DNA of 37,282 nucleotides, taken from assembly GCA_048168905.1 (NCBI GenBank), contig DBEXMY010000268.1, positions 1 through 37,282 of the forward strand, written 5' to 3'. This document shows, one piece after another, positions 18,851 to 27,420 of the stretch. Under the pieces are notes generated by a model. The model did no database searches. It had not been told where the DNA came from and saw only the letters and a program-made list of their open reading frames with translations. Source of the stretch: Collinsella sp. (lineage in GTDB: Bacteria > Actinomycetota > Coriobacteriia > Coriobacteriales > Coriobacteriaceae). The position numbers and the translations under genes were made by a program. Every line of letters starts with the position of its first letter. The stretch's first letter is position 1.

Positions 18851-19834
18851 ATGTACGAGATCGACCTTAACCTCCCTAAGCAGATCGTCGCTGACGTCCT
18901 GTCCAACCACGAGATCCACAGCGTCGCCTTCGTCGGCTGCGGTGCTTCCATGTCCGACCTTTACCCCGCCAAGTACTTCCTGGCCAACAACACGGACAAG
19001 CTGAACGTTCAGATCTTTACCGCTAACGAGTTCAACTACGACACGCCTTCCTGGGTCAACGAGCACACCTTCGTGATCACCTGCTCTCTCGGTGGCTCCA
19101 CGCCCGAGACCGTCGAGGCCAACAAGACCGCCAAGAAGCACAACTGCCCGGTCGTCTCCCTCACCAACAAGGCCGGCTCCGCTCTGACCGTCGACGCTGA
19201 CTACGTCATCGTTCACGGCTTCCACGCCAACTTCGCTGCCAAGTGCGAGAAGCCCGGCTACGCCATCGCTCTTGCTGTCGAGATCCTTCAGCAGACCGAG
19301 GGCTATGACCACTACGAGGACATGATCACCGGCCTCACCAACGTCTTCGATCTCTGCGAGAACGCTGCTCAGTCCTGCAAGAAGCTCGCCAAGAAGTTCG
19401 CTGAGGACTTCAAGGACGACAAGATGATTTACTTCATGGCCTCTGGTGCCTCCGAGAAGATGGCTTACTCTCACGCCGCCTTCCTGTTCACCGAGATGCA
19501 GTGGATCGACGCCGCCGCCTACAACACCGGCGAGTACTTCCACGGCCCGTTCGAGGTTTCCACCGAGGGTAAGCCCTACGTCTTCTTCATGTCCGATGGC
19601 GCTACCCGTCCGATGGACGCCCGCGCCCTCACCTTCCTTGAGCGCATGGGCGCCAAGGTCGCTCTGATCGACTCCAAGGACTACGGCCTGGCTGACGCCG
19701 TGCCCGCGAGCGTCGTCACCTACTTCAACCCGCTGCTGCACCTCGCCGTTATGCGCGAGTACGGCAACCAGATCGCCGAGGCCCGTCAGCACCCGCTGAC
19801 CATGCGTCGCTACATGTGGAAGCTTTCCTACTAA
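18851..19834 (+). CDS. frlB: Fructoselysine/fructosamine-6-phosphate deglycase, FrlB/GfrF-like (paralog 2, in PTS operon)
   Basis: FVGCGAS, SLGGSTPET, FTEMQW, GEYFHGPFE, HPLTMRRYMWK. Confidence 0.85.
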   Translation: MYEIDLNLPKQIVADVLSNHEIHSVAFVGCGASMSDLYPAKYFLANNTDKLNVQIFTANEFNYDTPSWVNEHTFVITCSLGGSTPETVEANKTAKKHNCPVVSLTNKAGSALTVDADYVIVHGFHANFAAKCEKPGYAIALAVEILQQTEGYDHYEDMITGLTNVFDLCENAAQSCKKLAKKFAEDFKDDKMIYFMASGASEKMAYSHAAFLFTEMQWIDAAAYNTGEYFHGPFEVSTEGKPYVFFMSDGATRPMDARALTFLERMGAKVALIDSKDYGLADAVPASVVTYFNPLLHLAVMREYGNQIAEARQHPLTMRRYMWKLSY

Positions 19835-19867
19835 TCACAAGTAAGTAGACCTTACGGGTTGATTGAG

Positions 19868-19900
19868 AGGGGATGGGGTTTGCGCCCCGTCCCCTTTTTT
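19868..19900 (+). terminator. Intrinsic terminator after the PTS-deglycase operon
   Basis: GGGGATGGGG-tttgcg-CCCCGTCCCC followed by TTTTTT. Confidence 0.85.
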
Positions 19901-19920
19901 GCTATCGAAAGGAGATACGT

Positions 19921-20550
19921 ATGATCAAGGCAGTGCTGTTTGACATGGACGGCGTGCTGGTCGATACCGAGTGGTTCTACAACCGTCGTCGCGTGGCGTT
20001 TATGGAAGAGAAGGGCTTTCACTTTGACGAGATCCCCGATCTTTCGGGGTCTAACGAGCCCGCCATTTGGAAGTCGCTGGTACCTGACGATGTTGAGCTG
20101 CGCGAGCGCCTGCGCGTGGAGTACAAGCAGGTCTACAGCCCAGACCATCCCGTTCCGTATGCCGAGCTGCTCAACGAGCAGACGGAGCCGGTGATGCGCA
20201 AGCTGCACGAGCGCGGCGTGAAGTGCGCCATCGCAAGCTCGTCCTATCGCGAGCTCATTGACGAGCTGGTGGGGATTGCCGGTATCGCCGACGTGCTGGA
20301 CTACACCATCAGCGGTCACGAGTGCAGTGCGTTTAAGCCCGACCCCGAGATCTACCTGCGTGCCATGGAGGCGCTGGGTGTGGAGCCTACCGAGTGCCTG
20401 GTTATCGAGGACTCGCCTTTGGGCATCGAGGCTGGCAAACGTTCCGGCGCCCGCGTCCTGGCACTGCGCCCGCACGAGGGCGTCAACCTCGATCAATCGC
20501 GAGCCGATGCCGTTATTGATAATCTGACCGACATTTTGGCCGCTTTGTAG
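19921..20550 (+). CDS. HAD-family phosphatase (beta-PGM/CbbY-like)
   Basis: FDMDGVLVD, IASSS, KPDPEIY, IEDSPLG; AAAGGAG RBS. Confidence 0.93.
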   Translation: MIKAVLFDMDGVLVDTEWFYNRRRVAFMEEKGFHFDEIPDLSGSNEPAIWKSLVPDDVELRERLRVEYKQVYSPDHPVPYAELLNEQTEPVMRKLHERGVKCAIASSSYRELIDELVGIAGIADVLDYTISGHECSAFKPDPEIYLRAMEALGVEPTECLVIEDSPLGIEAGKRSGARVLALRPHEGVNLDQSRADAVIDNLTDILAAL

Positions 20551-20647
20551 TGTCAATCCGCCGCGAGAAGCACGGGTTCAAACGTTTTTTGCGGTGGACT
20601 GGCTCAATTTGGTTTCGATTTTGATCCGTTTGGCTTCGATTCGGACT

Positions 20648-20770
20648 AAGTGAGTAGACTTTTTGGTGCAGGACGAGCACAAAGCGCATTTGCTCTAGTA
20701 AAACCGCAGGTCACAGGGGTGGCGGTTTTGGGTGTGCTCTGCAGGTCGCGTAAAGTCTACTCACTTGTAA
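20648..20770. repeat. Inverted-repeat (MITE/REP-like) element, family B
   Basis: Perfect 15-bp IR AAGTGAGTAGACTTT (20648-20662) / AAAGTCTACTCACTT (20752-20766) with nested AAAACCGC/GCGGTTTT. Confidence 0.75.
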
Positions 20771-20904
20771 TTTGGGCCTTTGGTCGTGGGGTTGCTGGTC
20801 CCGCTTTGGTTGTCGAGAGAGGGTGAATTGAAGCGCCCCCGCACGCTCCATGCTACAATCGCGGACATACCCCACAACTACATCTGCCTTCGAAAGGAGC
20901 CTGC

Positions 20905-21912
20905 GTGGCGAACGCCATCGATCAGCTCACGGACCGAGTGCTCGTACTCGGCCGCCTCACCATCGTCCGCCGCGCTATTACTGCCGTGGCGGTCACGATT
21001 TCCGCCGTTCTCCAGACATTCCTGATCCAGGCGTTCATTCAGCCCGCCGACTTGCTTCCGAGCGGCCTCACCGGCGTTGCGGTCCTGCTCGATCGCGTTA
21101 CCTCGCTGGGCGGCGTTCACATCGACATCTCGCTCGGCATGCTTGCGCTCAACATTCCCGTGGCGCTCCTATGCTGGAGCGGCATTAGCAAGCGCTTCGT
21201 CATCTTCTCGATGATGCAGGTCGTGCTCTCGTCGCTGTTCCTCAACGTCTTTCACTTCGCTCCATTTTTGGGCGACAAGATTATGCTCATCATTTTTGGC
21301 GGCGTGGTCTCGGGTCTGGGCGCTGCCATCGCGCTAAAGTCCGGCGCATCTACCGGTGGCACCGACTTTATCGCGCTGTGGGTCTCCAACCACACGGGCA
21401 AGACCATCTGGGGCGTTATCTTTGGTTTCAATTGCTTTATCCTGGCGATCTTTGGCTTTATGTTTGGCTGGGACAACGCGGCGTACTCCATCGTGTTCCA
21501 GTTTATTTCGACCAAGACCATCGACAGTTTCTATCGTCGCTACGACCGCGTGACGCTGCAGATTACGACGCGCAAGGCAGACGAGGTCATGACTGCCTAC
21601 GTAAACCATTTTCAGCACGGCATTAGCTGCGCCGAGGTCGTCGGCGGATACAGCCGCGAAAAGATGTACCTGCTGAACACCGTTGTTTCGACCTACGAGA
21701 GCCAGGACATTATCAAGTTGGTGTGCGACGTTGATCCCGGCGCCGTGATCAACGTGTTCCACACGCTCAACTTTGTGGGCGGCTGGTGGGGCGGTCATGT
21801 CGACGAGCCCATGCCCACGGCCGTTCCCGATCCCGACAAGCCCGCACGCATGGCCAGCAGGCAGGCGCGCCTCAGCGAACAGGACAGCCTGCAGCAGGAT
21901 GACGGCAAGTAG
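20905..21912 (+). CDS. YitT-family membrane protein (DUF161 + DUF2179)
   Basis: LLPSGLTG, LNIPVA, GASTGGTDF, GGYS, DPGAVINV; AAAGGAG RBS before GTG. Confidence 0.9.
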   Translation: MANAIDQLTDRVLVLGRLTIVRRAITAVAVTISAVLQTFLIQAFIQPADLLPSGLTGVAVLLDRVTSLGGVHIDISLGMLALNIPVALLCWSGISKRFVIFSMMQVVLSSLFLNVFHFAPFLGDKIMLIIFGGVVSGLGAAIALKSGASTGGTDFIALWVSNHTGKTIWGVIFGFNCFILAIFGFMFGWDNAAYSIVFQFISTKTIDSFYRRYDRVTLQITTRKADEVMTAYVNHFQHGISCAEVVGGYSREKMYLLNTVVSTYESQDIIKLVCDVDPGAVINVFHTLNFVGGWWGGHVDEPMPTAVPDPDKPARMASRQARLSEQDSLQQDDGK

Positions 21913-21952
21913 GGTATTGGCATTTTGCCGGTCCTGCGCAACCCATCCGAAC

Positions 21953-21993
21953 GAGCCCCCCGAAAGCCCCGTTGCTTTCGAGGGCTCTCGTTT
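21953..21993 (+). terminator. Possible terminator hairpin after YitT gene
   Basis: GAGCCC-CCGAAAGC...GCTTTCG-AGGGCTC stem, weak T-tract. Confidence 0.5.
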
Positions 21994-22038
21994 GCCCAGA
22001 TAAAACCTACCAAAATGAAGCTGTCGCTTTTTGGTAGG
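21989..22038 (-). repeat. Palindromic repeat family E
   Basis: Reverse complement CCTACCAAAAAGCGACAGCTTCATTTTGGTAGGTTTTATCTGGGCAAACG closely matches 31744-31797; degenerate copy at 12495-12533. Confidence 0.8.
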
Positions 22039-22130
22039 GAGGGTGTATCGTTTTATCAATATGAGGTAACATGAAACTAGACGTTATATACGTATTAGAA
22101 ATTTTGCTATTTTGATAAGAGTGATCAGAT

Positions 22131-22850
22131 ATGCCTGCGCCCAAAAATGCACCGCTTTACCAGCAGATTTATGACGAAATCAAGGATGCGATCGAGAAAG
22201 GTGTTTATGCACCCAAGGAGCGTATTCCGTCCGAGCTTGAACTAGCCGAGCAGTACGAGGTGAGCCGTATTACGGTGCGCCGCGCTGTCGAGGAGCTGTG
22301 CTCCGATGGTTACCTGGTTAAGCAGCAGGGCCGCGGCACCTTTGTCTCCACGCCGCACATCAACCGCCAGTTTCACGCCTCGACGCTGCAGACGTTTACC
22401 GCGCTGTGTGCCGGCAACGGCATGAAGGCCGGTGCGCACGTGATCGATCGCCAGATCGTTCCGGCGCGCCAAAACGAGATGGAGTTCTTTGGCCTGCAGA
22501 AGGATGCGCTGCTGCTGCATATCAAGCGCGTGCGTACGGCCGACGGCGAGCCCATCTTTGAGGAGAACATCTTTGTGCCGTTTGACGCCTACCGTGAGCT
22601 GTTGACGGCCGATCTTGAGGACAAGTCGATTTTTGCCGAGGTCGAGCGTGTTGGCGGAACGCCGATTGTCTCGGTTGGCTACCGTACGGTCGAGGCCGTT
22701 CGAGCTAACGCCGAGCAGGCGGCCGAGCTGGGCATTGCTCCGCACGATCCGCTGCTCAACCTGCGTGCCGGCTTTACCGGTCCCGATGACGAGCCGGTTT
22801 TGATGGGTAAGCAGTACTACGTGGGTAGCCGCTACGTCATGGTGATGTAG
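22131..22850 (+). CDS. GntR/HutC-family (UTRA) regulator (copy 2)
   Basis: PLYQQI, RIPSELEL, VSRITVRRA, QQGRGTFV, RVRTADGEP. Confidence 0.93.
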   Translation: MPAPKNAPLYQQIYDEIKDAIEKGVYAPKERIPSELELAEQYEVSRITVRRAVEELCSDGYLVKQQGRGTFVSTPHINRQFHASTLQTFTALCAGNGMKAGAHVIDRQIVPARQNEMEFFGLQKDALLLHIKRVRTADGEPIFEENIFVPFDAYRELLTADLEDKSIFAEVERVGGTPIVSVGYRTVEAVRANAEQAAELGIAPHDPLLNLRAGFTGPDDEPVLMGKQYYVGSRYVMVM

Positions 22851-22854
22851 GGTT

Positions 22855-23145
22855 GGTTCCGCCGTTCTGACGAACGGCGGACCGGCCGACGCTGCGCCTT
22901 TGGTTACGCGGTTTTACCAAACCGCGTAACGGCTCGACGCTGCAAGCCCGCCAGAGCGGCAATCTGCCTTTCAACTTCGGCGGCATGATCAGAAGTTTTG
23001 TTCCGCCGTTCTGACGAACGACGGACCTGTCGACGCTGCAAACGCCCCTAAGCGGCAATCTGACGTTCAATCGTCGGTCGCGTACCGAAGTACGCTTCCC
23101 TCCTCTTTCACGTCACCTTGCTCGCTTAGGGGCGTTTTCACTGAC
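22855..23145. repeat. Cluster of family C structured repeats (two partial copies, one full)
   Basis: Hairpin + CGACGCTGC modules at 22855, 22903 and 23000; long stem AAACGCCCCTAAGCG...CGCTTAGGGGCGTTT. Confidence 0.85.
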
Positions 23146-23184
23146 TTATGCTCAACCGGCAACGTTTTCGCGCTTGTCAAGATG

Positions 23185-23236
23185 GTCATTGGGGACGTTC
23201 TTAAACGACTAGTCATTCAAGAACGTCCCCAATGAC
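23185..23236. repeat. 52-bp near-perfect palindrome (GGGGAC-core REP-like)
   Basis: GTCATTGGGGACGTTCTT / AAGAACGTCCCCAATGAC perfect 18-bp arms around GACTAGTC. Confidence 0.85.
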
Positions 23237-23237
23237 T

Positions 23238-23338
23238 ACCTGCAGAATGAGCGTGGATAATCTCCCGTTTTTGGCTCGGTGACGGTCTCAAAGTGGGAGA
23301 TTATCCACGCTCGTTTGGCAAGTGTCCGAAAATCCACG
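23238..23338 (-). repeat. Family A palindromic element, gene-free copy
   Basis: Arms GAGCGTGGATAATCTCCC (23249-23266) / GGGAGATTATCCACGCTC (23295-23312), 28-bp spacer, partial 22-bp tail unit on the right. Confidence 0.9.
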
Positions 23339-23440
23339 GTTGCCCGCCTTGGATCGTATTGCCCGTGGTCGGCAGCCGGGCGACGCCGGTCCGCGTGGCG
23401 GCGTATAATCGGCGGCAGATGACTTGGACGTTAGGAAACC

Positions 23441-25417
23441 ATGACCGATAGCATGCAGCAGATGGCGCTCGACACTCTCGGCGCCTATTTTGGCTACACC
23501 TCGTTTCGCCCGGGGCAGGACCGCATGGTCGATGCGATTCTTGCCGGTCGCGATGCGCTGGGTGTTATGCCCACGGGTGCCGGCAAGTCCATTTGCTACC
23601 AGGTGCCCGCGCTCATGCTGCCCGGCATCACCTTTGTGGTGAGTCCGCTGCTGTCGCTTATGGAGGACCAGACCCGTGCGTTGCTCGCGGCGGGTGCGCG
23701 ACCCAGCTATCTCAACTCCAGCCTTACTCCGGCCCAGCAAAACACCGTGCTCAAGCGGGCGCGCGAGGGCCGCTACCAGCTTATGTACGTGGCGCCCGAG
23801 CGCTTGCTCGAGCCGCGTTTTTTGGCCTTTGCGCAGGAGGCTGCGGGTTCCGCCGGCATTGGCGTGCCGCTCGTGGCCATTGACGAGGCCCACTGCGTAA
23901 GCCAATGGGGTCAGGATTTCCGCCCCGCCTATCTGCAGATTCGTGAGTTCATCGATTCCCTGCCGCAGCGCCCCATCGTGGCGGCGTTTACCGCCACGGC
24001 GACCGAACGCGTGCGTGCGGATATTCAGCAGATGCTCGGCCTGCAAAACCCTGCGACGGTGGTGACGGGCTTCGATCGCAAGAATCTCTACTTTGGTTGC
24101 GAGGAGATGGGCGACAAGGCCAAGACTGCCTGGGTGCGCGACTATGTGATCGCGCATTCGAGCGAGAGCGGTATCGTGTATTGCTCGACCCGCAAGACGG
24201 TCGATGCGCTGGCGGGCGAGCTTGCCGAGGCGCTGGGCCCCAGCGGCATTCGCGTTGGCCGCTACCATGCCGGCATGGGCAACGACGCCCGTCGCCAAAG
24301 CCAGCGCGCCTTTATCGACGACGATATCCAGGTGATGGTTGCCACCAACGCCTTTGGCATGGGCATCGACAAGCCCAACGTGCGCTACGTGATCCACAAC
24401 AACGTGCCCGAGAGCATCGAAGCCTACTACCAAGAGGCGGGCCGCGCCGGCCGCGATGGCGACCCGGCCAGCTGCTACTTGCTGTGGAACGGCAACGATT
24501 TTCGCATGCGCCGCTTTCTGATCGACCGCGGCGATGCTGCCGATGAGGCGCTCGACGACGAGCAGCGCGCGTGGGCGCTCCAGAACCGTTATCGCCTGCT
24601 CAGCCAGATGGAGGGCTACTGCAATACCACCGGCTGCCTGCGCGAATACATGCTGCGCTACTTTGGCGACGAGGCCGCGGCCGAGCATGCGGCAGCCGCC
24701 GCGGGCGGCACGGCAGACGACGCCGAGGGCTGCGGCAACTGCAGCAACTGTCTCGCGCAGTTCGAGGTCGAGGACGTCACCGATATGGCCCGCGCCGCCG
24801 TGCGCTATGTGGCCACGCGTCCCATGCGCTTTGGCAAGTCGCTGATCGCCGATGTGCTCCACGGCGGCAACACCGAGCGCATTCGCCAGATGCATCTGGA
24901 CGAGGACCGCGGCTACGGTGAGCTGTCGAGCGAATCGGTCGGGCGCATCAAGGACATCATCGGCCAGCTGTGCGGTCGCGGTTATTTGGCCACCTCGCAG
25001 GGGCAGTACCCAGTCGTGGGATTGGGTCCGCGTGCCGGCGAGGTCGAGGACGAGGCGTTCGCCTTTACCGTTAAGCGTCGCGCGTCCAAGCGCAAGGCCT
25101 CGGCCCGCGCCCGCCGCGCCGTCGATCTGCTGCGCGAGGAGGCCGAGCTGGATCAGCGTCCGCGCGTTGGCGACGATGCCGAGCTGTTCGAGCGCCTGCG
25201 TGCCCTCCGCAAGGAGATCTCGACGGAGCTGGAGATGGCGCCGTATATGGTCTTTTCCGACAAGGCCCTGCGCGGCCTGTGCCGCCTGCGTCCACAGACG
25301 CGCGAGGAGCTGATCCAGGTCAACGGCATTGGCGAGAAAAAAGCCGACGCCTTTGGCGAACAGTTTATGGCGGCGATTGAAGAGTTTGAGTCCGAGCATG
25401 CGCGGGATGGAGCGTAA
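23441..25417 (+). CDS. recQ: ATP-dependent DNA helicase RecQ
   Basis: MPTGAGKSICYQ, IDEAHCVSQWGQDFRP, YYQEAGRAGRDG, Zn-binding CLR...CGNCSNC, RQC and HRDC domains. Confidence 0.97.
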   Translation: MTDSMQQMALDTLGAYFGYTSFRPGQDRMVDAILAGRDALGVMPTGAGKSICYQVPALMLPGITFVVSPLLSLMEDQTRALLAAGARPSYLNSSLTPAQQNTVLKRAREGRYQLMYVAPERLLEPRFLAFAQEAAGSAGIGVPLVAIDEAHCVSQWGQDFRPAYLQIREFIDSLPQRPIVAAFTATATERVRADIQQMLGLQNPATVVTGFDRKNLYFGCEEMGDKAKTAWVRDYVIAHSSESGIVYCSTRKTVDALAGELAEALGPSGIRVGRYHAGMGNDARRQSQRAFIDDDIQVMVATNAFGMGIDKPNVRYVIHNNVPESIEAYYQEAGRAGRDGDPASCYLLWNGNDFRMRRFLIDRGDAADEALDDEQRAWALQNRYRLLSQMEGYCNTTGCLREYMLRYFGDEAAAEHAAAAAGGTADDAEGCGNCSNCLAQFEVEDVTDMARAAVRYVATRPMRFGKSLIADVLHGGNTERIRQMHLDEDRGYGELSSESVGRIKDIIGQLCGRGYLATSQGQYPVVGLGPRAGEVEDEAFAFTVKRRASKRKASARARRAVDLLREEAELDQRPRVGDDAELFERLRALRKEISTELEMAPYMVFSDKALRGLCRLRPQTREELIQVNGIGEKKADAFGEQFMAAIEEFESEHARDGA

Positions 25418-25419
25418 CG

Positions 25420-26175
25420 ATGGCATTCGACGATAAAACCGAGCGCACTGAGGTATCCGCCGTGCCACTGTACCAGCAGGTCATGGACGACCTAAAGGGC
25501 GAGATCGCGCGCGGCGTGTACCCTGCCGGCTCGCGCATCCCTGCCGAGATGGAGCTCGCGAAGTCCTACGGCGTGGGGCGTATCACCGTGCGCCGCGCCA
25601 TCGAGGAGCTGTCGCGTGCGGGGTATCTCAACCGCCAGCAGGGGAGGGGCACGTTTGTGTGCGCTCCCAAGCTCAAACGCAAGATTCGCCAGAAGGGTGA
25701 CGTCCAGAGCTTTACTGATGGTTGTGCTGCCAACGACATGGTGCCGGGTGCGCGTCTGGTGTCGCGCACGGTGGTCGCGGCGACGCAAGAGGATGCGGCG
25801 TTCTTTGGCGTGGAGCCCGGCTGCGAGCTTATCGTGGTCGAGCGCGTGCGCACGGCCGACGGCATCCCCGTCATGCTCGAGAACAACGCCTTTGTGCTCG
25901 CCGACCATCCCTACCTGCAGACGCTGGCCGACGAGGACCTCACCGATAACTCAATCTTTGCGCTCGTTGCCGAGCATTCGGGTCGCGCGCCGCTCAAGTC
26001 CGACCCCTGCACCGTGGAGATTGCGCTTGCCGATACTCAGACGGCCCCGCTGCTGGAGGTGCCGGTCGGCGAGCCGCTCTTCTATATGGAGGCCTACTTT
26101 ACCGACGCCGGCGGGCGCCCTCTACTGCTCGGCCGCCAAAAGATCGTGGGCTCGCGCTACGTCTTCGACATCTAA
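25420..26175 (+). CDS. GntR/HutC-family (UTRA) regulator (copy 3)
   Basis: PLYQQV, RIPAEMEL, VGRITVRRA, QQGRGTFV, RVRTADGIP; starts 2 nt after recQ stop. Confidence 0.92.
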   Translation: MAFDDKTERTEVSAVPLYQQVMDDLKGEIARGVYPAGSRIPAEMELAKSYGVGRITVRRAIEELSRAGYLNRQQGRGTFVCAPKLKRKIRQKGDVQSFTDGCAANDMVPGARLVSRTVVAATQEDAAFFGVEPGCELIVVERVRTADGIPVMLENNAFVLADHPYLQTLADEDLTDNSIFALVAEHSGRAPLKSDPCTVEIALADTQTAPLLEVPVGEPLFYMEAYFTDAGGRPLLLGRQKIVGSRYVFDI

Positions 26176-26184
26176 CGTTCACGA

Positions 26185-26266
26185 ATAGAACAACATGGAA
26201 CAAATTTACCGCAATGGCTTCCACCGTGGCTGCATGCGTGGTATATATAGAACAACATAGAACGAC
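26185..26266. promoter_or_regulatory. Putative operator repeats upstream of third deglycase
   Basis: ATAGAACAACATGGAAC (26185-26201) and ATAGAACAACATAGAAC (26247-26263). Confidence 0.55.
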
Positions 26267-26319
26267 AGCAGGTACGAGCTGTCGTCGTTCAAAGCCGCCC
26301 CACAAGGAGGAGCATCAGC

Positions 26320-27288
26320 ATGAACGCACATGATCTGGTTCAGGAAATCATCGAGCGCAAGGGCAAGATCGAGAATGTCTTTTGGATCGCTTGTGGCGGT
26401 TCGATGATCGACCTGATGCCGGCCAACGAACTGCTCAAGCGCGAGGCCACCACGTTTACCTCGACGGTCTACACGGCGCGCGAGTTTTGCCTGATGGCTC
26501 CCAAGAGCCTTGGCGAGAAGTCGCTCGTTATTGCCTGCAGCCACAGCGGCAACACGCAAGAGGTTGTCGACGGCTGCGAGATGGCGTTGGCTGCCGGTGC
26601 CGAAGTCGTTGCCCTCACCGACTGCGAGGGTTCCAAGATCGATAACGGCAAGTGGACCACCTGGGTCTATCCGTGGGGTGAGGGCGTGTCGCAGGCCGAG
26701 GTGCCGCAGGGCATTGGCGCTCTGATCGCCGCCGAGTTGCTCGACCAGCAGGAAGGCTACGAGTCACTCGCCGACATGTATGAGGGCCTCAAGCAGATGG
26801 ATGCGCTGCTGCCCGCCGCCCGTGAGAAGGTCAACGCCGAGCTGGGCGCCCGCTTTGCCGAGCTCTGCCAGCAGCACAAGTTCTTCTATATCCTGGGCTC
26901 CGGCCCCATCTTTAGCCAGACCTATGCCATGGCGATTTGCTCGCTCATGGAGATGCAGTGGCAGCACTGCTGCTACATCCACTCCGGCGAGTACTTCCAT
27001 GGCCCGTTCGAAGCCACCGAGCCCGGCGTGTTCTACTTTGTGCAGCTCGGATCGGGCGAGTGCCGCCCCATGGAGGAGCGCGCTCTTGCGTTCCTCAACA
27101 CGCACACCGATACAGTCATGGTGCTCGATGCGCTCGAGTACGGCGTGGGTGAAGTGCCTGCCAGCGTGCGTTCGTACCTGGAGCCGATCTTCTTCTACGC
27201 GATGAGCTGCGAGCTGCGTGCCGCCCGCGGCAAGGTGTTCGACCACAGCCCCGAGATTCGTCGCTACATGGGCATCGAGCAGTACTAG
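26320..27288 (+). CDS. frlB: SIS-domain fructosamine-6-phosphate deglycase, FrlB-like (paralog 3)
   Basis: IACGGS, SHSGNTQE, ICSLMEMQW, HSGEYFHGPFE, RRYMG. Confidence 0.85.
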   Translation: MNAHDLVQEIIERKGKIENVFWIACGGSMIDLMPANELLKREATTFTSTVYTAREFCLMAPKSLGEKSLVIACSHSGNTQEVVDGCEMALAAGAEVVALTDCEGSKIDNGKWTTWVYPWGEGVSQAEVPQGIGALIAAELLDQQEGYESLADMYEGLKQMDALLPAAREKVNAELGARFAELCQQHKFFYILGSGPIFSQTYAMAICSLMEMQWQHCCYIHSGEYFHGPFEATEPGVFYFVQLGSGECRPMEERALAFLNTHTDTVMVLDALEYGVGEVPASVRSYLEPIFFYAMSCELRAARGKVFDHSPEIRRYMGIEQY

Positions 27289-27337
27289 GTACCGGGAAAA
27301 GTATTCACTTTCGATTCGCAAGCGTGCCGTGTGAGTC

Positions 27338-27378
27338 AAAAAGCGGGCCGCGCCGGGGATTTCCGACGCAGCCCGCTT
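27338..27378 (-). terminator. Terminator between convergent deglycase and ldh genes
   Basis: AAGCGGGC...GCCCGCTT stem with A-tract on the left (U-tract on minus strand). Confidence 0.6.
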
Positions 27379-27420
27379 GGTATTGCGCTTAGATTCACGA
27401 GGTGTCGCGGCAACCGACGC

